Virus genome (UHGV): UHGV-0121072
Length of the DNA: 39,201 nt
From: a virus
Direction: 5' to 3' (one strand)
Part shown: positions 16,449-26,154 of the stretch, piece by piece
Layout of the letters: each line of letters begins with the position of its first letter
Position numbering within the stretch: position 1 is the first letter of the stretch
The notes under the pieces: generated by a model
What the model was told of the DNA's origin: nothing
Databases searched by the model: none
What the model saw: only the letters and a program-made list of their open reading frames with translations
Program-made: the position numbers and the translations under genes

Positions 16449-18782
16449 TTATGCACTATTAGCGGGTCTGTCTAAGTACCATCCATAGTTTGTTTTAGTC
16501 AATTGTATAAGCTCCCCGTTTGTTTTGTATTGAGTAACACCAGACGCCGTATTGTACATTATCCTCTCATTAACATTAACGCCACCTCCTTGTTTGACAA
16601 GGGTAACTACTGTACGTGACGAGAGTGGGAGTATACGTATTGTTTTGCCTACATACCCACCAGTTATTTTAGTGATCGCCGAGCCAGAGGCCCCCGAATC
16701 GAGATACAATAAATCCACCGCATCGGCATCAATGGTAGAAACAACTGAGTTTACGGTAGAAGTTGTTGCAGCGTTTTCCCTTACGAAAGACGAGCCATTC
16801 CAGCGGTACATCAACCCATCCGACAGACCAATAACCTTCTCATTAACCCCAATATCAGGCGCGTAAGTTTTAGATGTATCCACTATTTTAAAAGTACCGC
16901 AAAACGGAACGGGGATAATATTCGAGCCAGTTAAACGGTTAACTGTATATAGGGAGTTATTGACAGTCCATTGCCTACCATTCCATACACTCATGAAAGC
17001 CCCTGACGACAAAAGAACCGTAGAACTATAGCCGGTTTCAACATGCGCAGATTCAGACAATAACCCTTTATCTTGTGGGTTACTGAAATCGTCAGTGCAA
17101 TCAAATAGTCTTAAGTTAGCGCGCCCCTCGAATTTTCCTGTAGAACCAACAGGGGCCACAACGAAAAGATAATCCTTATCAAAACCATAATCAGGGCCAA
17201 CGCGTAAGAACGACGCCATACAGTTAGTGGTAGGGAACTGCCCTTTTACAACCCACTTTCCACTAGAATCTTGCATTAATAGCTTTTGAATGGCTATTGT
17301 GTACGACTTAGTAGTGGTATCCGCAGCACGCTCAATAGCGAAAGGCGTTCCGTCATAAAAATTTCCGAAACCAATTTCACCACCAGATGTGCCTATAGTA
17401 TCGGTATCTGTGTCTTTCCTGACATCTTCACCATAAATATAATTGCCGTCTTCGTCAGTAGTTATATACCCTTCTACAATACCTGAAGAAATAGTAGTAA
17501 GGTAGTAATAGGGTATCGCAGGCCTGCCATTAATGTATCCTACTTGCGTTGGTGCGATAGATGAGAAATACGCACCTGCAGGCTTAACGGCGGATGTAAT
17601 ATCAACTGGCGCACTCCATGTCTCCCCCCGATCTTTAGATACGCAATATTCAATAGTGGATGTGTTGTCCGGGTTTGTGCCTTGTTGTGCGTGACCCCAC
17701 CCCGTAATCCCCTTCATTGATGTAAAGAAACAATACAAATAGCCATCAAGATTATTCAGGAATAGTACCGTTTCAGATGTGGCATACCCTGGACCTTTGT
17801 TAACAACAGTTCCAGTTGTCCAGTTCACACCGTTATCATCAGATATTAGGTAATCGATGTGCATAGGTGTACCGTCCTGTCCTGGGTCAATATTGGCACC
17901 ATCCTTCACTGTGTAGATGCATACCACCCTACCACCTGGAAGTGATACCGCTTTTGGTGCAAAGTTAAATACATTCTCTACATAAGTTTGCAACTGTAAG
18001 CTCAAATTATTGTTAAAGCTTCTTGAGTGTTTATTCCCAAAAGTGAAATTAAATCTATTTTTTGCAAATGATAGCCTTTTGTAAAGCTCAAAATCTTTAT
18101 CCTTGACCGCTCCGTTAACTAAATCAACTCCGTCATCACCAGCTAGGTCACTTCTTAAACTTGCATCGCCAACACTAACCCATGCGTCAGATGATTTAGG
18201 AGTTGAACCAGCAGGAACGTTCTTTGGAAGAGTACCGTCCCAGCGGTAATACTCACCATCCTCTTCCCATAGCAGGACCTCGTTCCATTTTGTAACGTTG
18301 AAGCCTTTCTCGAAGGAGCGGCGGGTAATATAGCCAAATAGACCAGCTTCCTTTATACTAGCAGCGATTCGGCGTGCTTCATCCTCGCTATCCTTAGCGT
18401 TGCCAGCAGAGCTACCAGCAGCCTCGGCATACTCCTTCGCCAAGTCAACCGTTTGGTCTCGACCTTCTTCTGCAATATGGATAGCCTGAAGCTCTGCATT
18501 GGTCAGGTCAATAGCTGTTAAGACTGAGCCATTCCTGAAGTCTACCACTAAGTCAGTTCCAGTCTGACGGTGAATACGAACGATGTCAAAACCTGATTGG
18601 TCAACCAACATCTCAATCATCGTTGGGTTAAGGAATCGGTAATCTCGACCAACTTCCAGTACACGGTTCAGGGTAGGGTTAGAGCTATTCACCAGCGTAA
18701 CAACAACAAACGTTCTGGCTAGGTAGTCGAACTCGATCCTGTACCGAGTGCTTCCTGAAGGGAATTGTGTAATCGTTGACAT
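16449..18782 (-). CDS. gp17: Tail fiber/tailspike: T7 gp17-like N-terminal anchor domain fused to a sialidase-like (Asp-box) C-terminal domain
   Basis: 777 aa; first ~150 aa resemble the T7 gp17 N-terminus (FDYLARTFVVVTL, LVDFRNGSVLTAIDL); C-terminal part has two Asp-box motifs SDDNGVNW and SKDRGETW. Confidence 0.88.
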   Translation of the reverse strand: MSTITQFPSGSTRYRIEFDYLARTFVVVTLVNSSNPTLNRVLEVGRDYRFLNPTMIEMLVDQSGFDIVRIHRQTGTDLVVDFRNGSVLTAIDLTNAELQAIHIAEEGRDQTVDLAKEYAEAAGSSAGNAKDSEDEARRIAASIKEAGLFGYITRRSFEKGFNVTKWNEVLLWEEDGEYYRWDGTLPKNVPAGSTPKSSDAWVSVGDASLRSDLAGDDGVDLVNGAVKDKDFELYKRLSFAKNRFNFTFGNKHSRSFNNNLSLQLQTYVENVFNFAPKAVSLPGGRVVCIYTVKDGANIDPGQDGTPMHIDYLISDDNGVNWTTGTVVNKGPGYATSETVLFLNNLDGYLYCFFTSMKGITGWGHAQQGTNPDNTSTIEYCVSKDRGETWSAPVDITSAVKPAGAYFSSIAPTQVGYINGRPAIPYYYLTTISSGIVEGYITTDEDGNYIYGEDVRKDTDTDTIGTSGGEIGFGNFYDGTPFAIERAADTTTKSYTIAIQKLLMQDSSGKWVVKGQFPTTNCMASFLRVGPDYGFDKDYLFVVAPVGSTGKFEGRANLRLFDCTDDFSNPQDKGLLSESAHVETGYSSTVLLSSGAFMSVWNGRQWTVNNSLYTVNRLTGSNIIPVPFCGTFKIVDTSKTYAPDIGVNEKVIGLSDGLMYRWNGSSFVRENAATTSTVNSVVSTIDADAVDLLYLDSGASGSAITKITGGYVGKTIRILPLSSRTVVTLVKQGGGVNVNERIMYNTASGVTQYKTNGELIQLTKTNYGWYLDRPANSA

Positions 18783-18828
18783 TATGCCTCCTTTGTGATT
18801 TAAATGGAGACCTATGGTAGCGCCTCCC

Positions 18829-18850
18829 GTTTCCTATAGTGATAGTTTAG
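18829..18850 (-). promoter_or_regulatory. Phage RNAP promoter (CTAAACTATCACTATAGGAA) upstream of the tail fiber gene
   Basis: Consensus copy; position equals T7 phi17. Confidence 0.7.
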
Positions 18851-21800
18851 TCCTTGATGTGGATACCTTGCTCCTCAAACGTTCCAAGCAACAGCTTCTG
18901 GGTAATTGGGTCGTTCGGAACCAGTTCACGGAACGTATTATACATCCCGGTCATGTAGTCACGCTCGTTGACACGAGTATCAGCCTTGAGGTAGCCAGCC
19001 AAGTTGTAAGCCGAAGCGCCAACGTTAGCAGCATATCCGAAAGCTGGAACCTGCTCCAAGAAGTTACCAACAACATTCATCACAGGGCCACTTGTAGCTG
19101 CACCATATGCGATGGCACGTTCAGGCTTCTCTGTAGGCGAACGAGGTAGGATAGACGAACGGAGCATCTTAGTGTCCTCATATCCAGCGATGCCACCCAG
19201 AATGTTGGCGACACCAAGTGGTCCACCGAGATGTGAGCTACGGGACAGAGCCGCATATCCAATCATCGTCGGGTCCAGAGCTTGCTTGAGGTAGTCGCGG
19301 TCACGACCGTCCTGCATAGCGTAAGCCTTGATGTGTGCCTGAGTCATGTAGTAGATACCAGCAAGACCCATAGACATCACAGTGGACAGAGCAGCGTCCA
19401 TCGCTCGGTTGTTCTTCGTTGCGTTATAGAAGGTCCGCATGGTACGCCCATTGATGGACTTGATGACGAAGTTCTTAAACTGAAGGACAGTCTTAGCTAG
19501 AGGACCATAAGCCTTGGCGTCCATGTTGCTCAGCTTGTGTGGACGAAGCAGTGTCTCGTCAGCGATGGTGTCACCCATACGCCACAGGTCCATAGCCCTT
19601 GGGTCCTGACTGAACGCCTTCTTATCCTTGATGATGTGCTTCCCGTCTGGACCACGCGTCACTGACTCACGGATGAGGGACTTAATGCCCTTCCATTGGT
19701 CATCCGAGATACCAGCGGTCTTCAGCCATCGGTCATCGAACTTACGCTTACTACCAGTCAGGCTATGCTCCACGATGTCAGACAGGAATCCTTGACGTCC
19801 AGCATCTAACAGGTAGTTGGTCGTACCGTTGAGGACTTTAGTGAACGGAGAGCGTACTGCAAGTTCACCAGTGTAATACTTGGCAGTCCCCAGAGCTGTA
19901 GCTGTACCACGACCTAGGTCACTGTAAGACCTCAGACGGTCAATGACATCCTGTTTAGACGGACGGATTGAGTCATCCAATTCCTTACCGAAGATGACAT
20001 TGTGCAGGTCCTTAATCTCTGAGGCCCCCACCTTCTTGTTACGGAAGGCTAGGTCACGGAACATCGGGACTCCATGCAGCAGCGCCCGAACGTTACCACG
20101 AGCCAGCATACCACCAATCTCCGTTAAGTTCTGAACACCCATGTAGGCATTCTTAGCGAAGAACGATAGGTCTGTCATTGTGCGCATCACTGTAGCGAAG
20201 GCCGCATCATCAGCACCATCACGTCGAGCGCGACCAGTTAGAATCTTCAATGTGTCACGTAAGGTAGATACTTCACCTTTCAACTTACCGTCATCCCCAG
20301 CCTTGTTCATCATGGTCTCAACCAAATCCTTCATGTCCTTCGTGGTTTTGCCTGTACCAGCCATGATAGCAATATCGCCATTAACTCGACGGTTGTAGGC
20401 CGGGACAATCTTGTCCATGTCCCACTCACGCAGGTTGTTGACACTGAAGGTCTGACCATTAGGTAGGACGATTGACATATCGCTATCGAACAGGTTACGA
20501 GCCTCAAGGAAGCTGTTGTTCTCCAGACCAACCAGACCGTTGATGTTCTCTTCCATTACGGATGAACGTTCGAACTGCTCGGTGTGAGAGATACCGTAAG
20601 CCTTATCGTTGGCGTACTTATCGACCGCAGCAGCAAGTCCATCTGGAGTCAACGTAGGGTCAGCCTCTAAGAGTGCCTCGTCCACGCGTTTCTTGACTTC
20701 AGGTCGAGACGCATAGCTGGTCAACCATGACTTCTTGATGGCCTCCTGCAACGCCTCTGGACTCCCAAGCTCCTTGATGTACAGCTCCTTCATCTGTTTG
20801 CTATACACATGAGGGACGTAGGTTCCCTTGAAGCGGCTACCAGGAAAGATAGACTTAGCGTCTGCGCGACCGAACATAGCCGGGTTCTCCATCATCTCAC
20901 GCTTGGCGTCGAACTGGTTCTTCAGCAGGTCATAGACTTTCAGTTCTCCCGGAGTAAGTTCAGCCTTCAGGTTTCCGCTACCATCTTCGATAGCCATAGA
21001 CACCCGCTGGTAGATGTCCTGACGGAATGCGCCAGAGTCTCGCCAGAATGCTGTCTGGAAGTACGGGTCCTTGAGTGCCTCAGTAACCGCATCGTCGATG
21101 TCGTTGTAGAACCGATGGTCCACAGCACGAAGTCTCTCGAATACGTCTGACGCAGTGGTCCCGATTTTACCTGAAGCCCCAGACTGCATACCAGTTGGTG
21201 AACGCACTAAGTCAGCAGCGACCCCACGAATCTCAGGGTTCTCAGACCGAAGCAGCTTCAGACCAATCTCGGTAAGTCCACTAAGGTTCACACCAGCAGC
21301 GGCACGTTCCGGCTCAATCACTTCGTCAAAGACCTGACGTGTCTTAGGGTTCAGAGGGTTCTCACCAATCAGGATTGAACCATCCTCCAGCCGCACACTA
21401 CCCGGCTCATTCGGAACGTCAGCGAACTTAACGCCTTGATGACTAAAGGTCTGCTCACCTTCCTGAATAGGGAGACGAGACAGGTCCTGACCATCAACGT
21501 TACGAGCGGTCTCACGAGCTTCCAGACGTGTAGCTGGGCCAGCAAACTCATTAGTGTTGCGACCTAAGGCTCTTCCTAACCCATCAGCGATAGCAGTCAT
21601 ACCACCACCGAAGAGAGCACCACCAAGGATAGCTTCAGCCACATGAGCATCACCACCAGACACTGAGGTACGGGCCATCTCGGACACACCAGCCAGTGCT
21701 CCAGATTGAGCAGCCACGGTGAACATCTTGTTGACCAGCTTACCGCCTTTACCAACCTGTCCAGCGATAGGAACGTATGTCAGAGGGTCTACACCAGCAC

Positions 21801-22734
21801 CAATCACACCAGCGGCTAACTGAGCACCAGTCCCAGCCTTGGCCTTCTCTTGGTCCAACTTCTGGTTCTCAAGCGCCAAGTTAATAAGCTCAGTAAGGTT
21901 CTGAGGAGAGCCACCAGTAATGACTCCGTAATACTGAGGCAGAACCCCAGCGTTACGAATCTGGTCCAGCTCCTCACGAGACCACTTATGGTTGTTCCAT
22001 CGGGTTGGGTTGAACACATCGCCAATGACATCAAGTGAGTCCTCGGTCTGACCAGCGCGGATAGCCACGCCGACCATAGAGTTCTTCACTTCAGCTTCTG
22101 TAGCAGGACCAAAACCGAACCACGTAGAGCGGTCCTCTCGTTCCTGCATGGTATCGCCAGTAGCCTTATAGAACATCTCACCGAACGATTCGTTTGGAGC
22201 TTCAGGTGCTTGACCCTCAATGTTCAGACCAGCAGCGGTCGGAAGGTTCTCACCCAGAGCTACTTTAGGTTTCGCCTTTAATCCTTCCGTGAGTGCGTCA
22301 AATACGTTAGCGCTTACTGGTGGAGTCTTTGGGCTAATGCCATTGAGTGCTCGTGCGACTCCCTTCTGATAGACTTCAGGGTTGTACCGGGAGCCTGTCT
22401 CATGGAAGCTTATAGCTTGAGCCAGAGAAGACAGGGTGTCAGGGTCCGATAGGTCTAGACTCTGGGTAGCTGGAATACCAGTTGCAGCCACCACTGAGTC
22501 AATATAAGCCTTAGTGTCGTTCTCGTTAGGAGGCGCCCATCGGTTGATAATCTTCTCGATGGAGTCATAACCTTGGCGACTGTATGACAGCAGGTTTTTA
22601 CCTAAAGCTCGGACGCCAGACTCTGGACTATCGAAGGTGACGAATGCGCCATCATCTCCAGTCATTCCTTCCCATTGGTCCTTACTTACCCGGATATTAC
22701 CCGGATTGTTATTGCGAATACCACGAGTCGCCAT
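18847..22734 (-). CDS. gp16: Internal virion protein D (ejectosome core)
   Basis: 1295 aa; central and C-terminal regions match T7 gp16 (GVIGAGVDPL, RLEARETARN, VRSPTGMQSGASGK, NSFLEARNLFDSD, MDLWR); N-terminal ~180 aa differ from T7. Confidence 0.9.
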   Translation of the reverse strand: MATRGIRNNNPGNIRVSKDQWEGMTGDDGAFVTFDSPESGVRALGKNLLSYSRQGYDSIEKIINRWAPPNENDTKAYIDSVVAATGIPATQSLDLSDPDTLSSLAQAISFHETGSRYNPEVYQKGVARALNGISPKTPPVSANVFDALTEGLKAKPKVALGENLPTAAGLNIEGQAPEAPNESFGEMFYKATGDTMQEREDRSTWFGFGPATEAEVKNSMVGVAIRAGQTEDSLDVIGDVFNPTRWNNHKWSREELDQIRNAGVLPQYYGVITGGSPQNLTELINLALENQKLDQEKAKAGTGAQLAAGVIGAGVDPLTYVPIAGQVGKGGKLVNKMFTVAAQSGALAGVSEMARTSVSGGDAHVAEAILGGALFGGGMTAIADGLGRALGRNTNEFAGPATRLEARETARNVDGQDLSRLPIQEGEQTFSHQGVKFADVPNEPGSVRLEDGSILIGENPLNPKTRQVFDEVIEPERAAAGVNLSGLTEIGLKLLRSENPEIRGVAADLVRSPTGMQSGASGKIGTTASDVFERLRAVDHRFYNDIDDAVTEALKDPYFQTAFWRDSGAFRQDIYQRVSMAIEDGSGNLKAELTPGELKVYDLLKNQFDAKREMMENPAMFGRADAKSIFPGSRFKGTYVPHVYSKQMKELYIKELGSPEALQEAIKKSWLTSYASRPEVKKRVDEALLEADPTLTPDGLAAAVDKYANDKAYGISHTEQFERSSVMEENINGLVGLENNSFLEARNLFDSDMSIVLPNGQTFSVNNLREWDMDKIVPAYNRRVNGDIAIMAGTGKTTKDMKDLVETMMNKAGDDGKLKGEVSTLRDTLKILTGRARRDGADDAAFATVMRTMTDLSFFAKNAYMGVQNLTEIGGMLARGNVRALLHGVPMFRDLAFRNKKVGASEIKDLHNVIFGKELDDSIRPSKQDVIDRLRSYSDLGRGTATALGTAKYYTGELAVRSPFTKVLNGTTNYLLDAGRQGFLSDIVEHSLTGSKRKFDDRWLKTAGISDDQWKGIKSLIRESVTRGPDGKHIIKDKKAFSQDPRAMDLWRMGDTIADETLLRPHKLSNMDAKAYGPLAKTVLQFKNFVIKSINGRTMRTFYNATKNNRAMDAALSTVMSMGLAGIYYMTQAHIKAYAMQDGRDRDYLKQALDPTMIGYAALSRSSHLGGPLGVANILGGIAGYEDTKMLRSSILPRSPTEKPERAIAYGAATSGPVMNVVGNFLEQVPAFGYAANVGASAYNLAGYLKADTRVNERDYMTGMYNTFRELVPNDPITQKLLLGTFEEQGIHIKD

Positions 22735-22738
22735 TATG

Positions 22739-25021
22739 TTACTCCTTACCGATTAAGGTGTTTGCGATACCCTCCAGTGAGACATCATTGTACATCCCAC
22801 CGCGCTTCTCGATGTTGGCCTCTCGGTCAGCTCGACGTTTGTCACCAGCAGCTTTAGTCCCGACGATACGCGCTCGCTTGTTAGCGTCACGTTCTGCCTG
22901 AGCGTATGCGGCATCTTGTGCCTTCTGCTGTTGTTCGCGGTAGAGTTTACCTACAAGTTCTTTATCGTAGCGAATACGAATAGTCCCTGTAGCGTCTTGG
23001 AGGAAGATAGAGCCGTTCTGTTCAACAACGGACAGCTGAGAGTTCACTACCCAAGGGTTGGCCTTAATGAGCTGCTGACGAGCGGTGTCTATAATGTCTC
23101 GACCCACCTGCCATGACTCTGGGTTATCCCCGACCATAAGCTGGTGCTTGGACACCATGCCTATTGACTTACCGTCAGAACCTTCAGACTGGAACGTTAC
23201 GGTGTTCTCATTCAGCCAGCGTTGAGTCTGCTGAGTTGCAGCGTCAGCGTTACCTGTACGATAATACCATGAGTCCCAGACCTTACGAGCACTTGAGTCC
23301 AGAGACGTAGGAAGACGCGAAAGGTCCTTATTACGAGAGTCGTTCTTCAACTCCTGCCACGACTTGTCTGACTCCATGCGCATCTCACGGCTTTGACTTG
23401 CAGCTTGCTTATCAGCTTCAATCATCGTCTGAGGGTCCAGACCCATCTTGTCCATCTGGTCGAACGTAGAGAACAACTGAGCTTGGTCAGGATACAGAGC
23501 AGCAAAACTTGAAGGGTCCTGAGTGTAGGCACGACGAAGAGACTCGAAGCGTTGCATCTTGTCTGGGTCGTACTGCCCACGGATGACCGCAGCTTGCCAC
23601 TCACCAGCAGCGTCCTGAGTAAGCGTCTGGAAGGCATTACGGAACGGACCGTTGTTAGTGTCAGCTCTTAACAATGCCACCTTCTGAGCGTCCTTAGCAG
23701 CCTCAGGGATGTCCATCTGGTCAATCTGCTGTAGCTTGGCAGACGCATAGTTGTTCATGTCTGAACGCTTAAACTCTCCTGTAGCTTCAGATACCGGAAG
23801 GTCCTCATAGTTGGTGGACACGTTGTCCCCAGCCAGACGTCGCTGATAAACTTGGTCAATGACCAGTTGCTTGTTCTGGGTCTGGATTAACTTCGTGTTC
23901 TCCTTCGCCTGTTCAGCAGACTTACGCTTTACCGCTTCCAGTAGTGTGGCTTCGGCGTTAATAAGCATCTGGCGCTGAGGGGTGAGTTCTTCACCGGGTT
24001 GAAGCTGGTTGTTCTGCTCCTTGAGTTTCTGAATCTGGGCAAGACCAATGGTTGGGTCATCCTGAAGAATTGCAGACTGAACGCCTAACGCCAAGTCTTC
24101 CTGATACTTAGCCACCAGTTTATACTCAGTGCCTTGGGCCTCAACCATAGCAGCATTGAAGACGTCAGGTCCTACAATCTCTTCGATGGTAGCGTCAACA
24201 CCATTAAGGGTGATACGCTCGCCACGGACTTGCTGTAGGAAGTTTGAGCCTCCTGACTTCTGTATTGCGTCACGGACAGTCTGGGTGATGACCTCTCGTG
24301 CTCTCTGGTCCGAAGGTATAGCAGCAGTCGTCAATCCATCCCGAAGGTAGGCCATGAAGGTCTTTCCAGACTCAGGCGAACGCAGCAGGTCCCCATCGTT
24401 AAGGAACGAGTTCATCTCAATACGAGTGTTCAACATTGCTGTCTCTTCAGACTGCTTGCTGAAATACTTATTGAATGACCCGTAGATAGCGATGTTTCGG
24501 TCCGTGATGTTATCGTTGAATCCACGCTGGAAGAACTCGTCGGTAGGGTTAATACCCGCCTCTTCAGCATAGGACTTAGCGGCATCCTGAAGTCGCTGGT
24601 GGCGATACTCTTCCATGTCCTGACGTGTACGGAACTCACCGTTCTGAATCTTAACGTTAATCTCGTCATCCACCGCAAAGGCAGCGTTACGACCGGTCTT
24701 GACTCGAAGTGCTTCCATAGCGTAAGGGTCATCCTGATACAGCAGTGTTCCGTTCTGGATAGCCTCACGTCTTTGCTGAGGTGTCAGTTTACGGATAATC
24801 TCGTTAGACCGCTCGTCGGCCCGTGTCTTCTCCTCGTCTTTGAACTGCTTGTATAGTCCAGTACCAGACTCAACGAAGTTGGTTAACGCCCGAGCCAGAC
24901 CTGAGTCACCAGTTGGAGCCTGAACGTTTGCTGCTTGATAGTTGACGGCGATAGTTTTACCCGGCGCTCTGCCACGACCCATAGTCCGATTAGCCAGAGC
25001 TGATTCAATATTACTAGCCAT
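22739..25021 (-). CDS. gp15: Internal virion protein C
   Basis: 760 aa; synteny between gp14 and gp16 and size close to T7 gp15 (747 aa). Confidence 0.85.
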   Translation of the reverse strand: MASNIESALANRTMGRGRAPGKTIAVNYQAANVQAPTGDSGLARALTNFVESGTGLYKQFKDEEKTRADERSNEIIRKLTPQQRREAIQNGTLLYQDDPYAMEALRVKTGRNAAFAVDDEINVKIQNGEFRTRQDMEEYRHQRLQDAAKSYAEEAGINPTDEFFQRGFNDNITDRNIAIYGSFNKYFSKQSEETAMLNTRIEMNSFLNDGDLLRSPESGKTFMAYLRDGLTTAAIPSDQRAREVITQTVRDAIQKSGGSNFLQQVRGERITLNGVDATIEEIVGPDVFNAAMVEAQGTEYKLVAKYQEDLALGVQSAILQDDPTIGLAQIQKLKEQNNQLQPGEELTPQRQMLINAEATLLEAVKRKSAEQAKENTKLIQTQNKQLVIDQVYQRRLAGDNVSTNYEDLPVSEATGEFKRSDMNNYASAKLQQIDQMDIPEAAKDAQKVALLRADTNNGPFRNAFQTLTQDAAGEWQAAVIRGQYDPDKMQRFESLRRAYTQDPSSFAALYPDQAQLFSTFDQMDKMGLDPQTMIEADKQAASQSREMRMESDKSWQELKNDSRNKDLSRLPTSLDSSARKVWDSWYYRTGNADAATQQTQRWLNENTVTFQSEGSDGKSIGMVSKHQLMVGDNPESWQVGRDIIDTARQQLIKANPWVVNSQLSVVEQNGSIFLQDATGTIRIRYDKELVGKLYREQQQKAQDAAYAQAERDANKRARIVGTKAAGDKRRADREANIEKRGGMYNDVSLEGIANTLIGKE

Positions 25022-25032
25022 TAGTCCTCCTC

Positions 25033-25623
25033 TTAGCTATGACCTGTAGGTGTACCTTTAGCAGCACTAATTGGTGCAGCACCACCACCAGAGCGGGACG
25101 CTCCAGAGATTGACTTACCAGCGGCGTAGCCTTGCATCCCGGCGGTAGCAACATTAAGTGCATGAGCCAGTGGGTTGGTCTTAATGATTTTACCTTGACC
25201 ACGGATAGCAGACTTGGTGTTCTCAATGTTGGCGATACGGTTCCCGAAGATAGCCGCATAATCGCGGTTGTAACTTTCGGTAATCCCTGCTCGCTCCTTG
25301 ACTGTATCTCCTTCGACCTGACGTTCAATCCTGTCCATAGAGTTACCTTCTAGACCGGACTCAGCCACCGCAGCTCGGACCATGCCCTGATTGCGGATAC
25401 CGTTGAGCGTGATCTCTGTCAGTTCAGCCATCTGCTGCTCCTTCAGGCCTCGCTCCTGCATCCTCAGGTTGGCGTCAGAGTAGTTCATCTGCTTAACCAT
25501 TTCCTGAGCCTGTCGGTTCTGAGCGTCAATTGCTGCACCTTCTGCCTTGGCCTGTTGGGATGCGGACATAGTGGCACCAGCTACAGACATGACTCCTAGA
25601 CCGATGGATACTGGTTCACACAT
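25033..25623 (-). CDS. gp14: Internal virion protein B
   Basis: 196 aa (same as T7); N-terminal MC...; EGNSMDRIER resembles T7 EGSSMDRIKR. Confidence 0.85.
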   Translation of the reverse strand: MCEPVSIGLGVMSVAGATMSASQQAKAEGAAIDAQNRQAQEMVKQMNYSDANLRMQERGLKEQQMAELTEITLNGIRNQGMVRAAVAESGLEGNSMDRIERQVEGDTVKERAGITESYNRDYAAIFGNRIANIENTKSAIRGQGKIIKTNPLAHALNVATAGMQGYAAGKSISGASRSGGGAAPISAAKGTPTGHS

Positions 25624-26078
25624 ACGTCCTCCTTAGAGATAGTGAATAATTGAAAACGCTCACCAGTTACTGGGCTGATAGTCCAATCATCATGGAACTT
25701 AGCCCCAAGCAACTTCAAGAATTTAATGTGAGACTTATTGCCTGACCACACGTAGTTCCAGATGGTCCCGTATTGGTCTAACATTAAGTCCCTGTACTCA
25801 GAGATGCAGCGAATGAACTCTCGCTTCTCTTTAGGTCTCAGCTTATAGACCAGACCGGAAGTCAAGAACCATACGTTATCCCCTTGGTTTCCACCATAGG
25901 CAAACACTTCGCCTACACCGTTCGTTAAAACCACAGATGACGGGGATAAATGCTTAAGCAGTCTTTCAGATAGACCCACGGTTGACCCGTAGTTTGCTTT
26001 GCACTCATTAACATCATCTGCTGAAAGATGCCACAGAAAGTAGTGGACATCTGGTTCCGTAGCCTTGCGAATATACAT
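25596..26078 (-). CDS. Hypothetical 160-aa protein in the gp13 (internal virion protein A) position
   Basis: ATG with AAGGAG SD directly downstream of a promoter; assignment by synteny only. Confidence 0.45.
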   Translation of the reverse strand: MYIRKATEPDVHYFLWHLSADDVNECKANYGSTVGLSERLLKHLSPSSVVLTNGVGEVFAYGGNQGDNVWFLTSGLVYKLRPKEKREFIRCISEYRDLMLDQYGTIWNYVWSGNKSHIKFLKLLGAKFHDDWTISPVTGERFQLFTISKEDVCVNQYPSV

Positions 26079-26097
26079 AAAGTCTCCTTATAACCTT

Positions 26098-26147
26098 AAG
26101 GGCCTATAGTCCCTATAGTGATAGTTAAGGTAAATCTATAGGCCCTT
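26098..26147. repeat. Perfect 12-bp inverted repeat (AAGGGCCTATAG ... CTATAGGCCCTT) enclosing the phi13-like promoter
   Basis: Arms at 26098..26109 and 26136..26147 are exact reverse complements; the loop contains the promoter core. Confidence 0.8.
26108..26129 (-). promoter_or_regulatory. Phage RNAP promoter (CTTAACTATCACTATAGGGA) upstream of the gp13-position gene
   Basis: Consensus copy; position equals T7 phi13. Confidence 0.7.
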
Positions 26148-26154
26148 CAATAAG

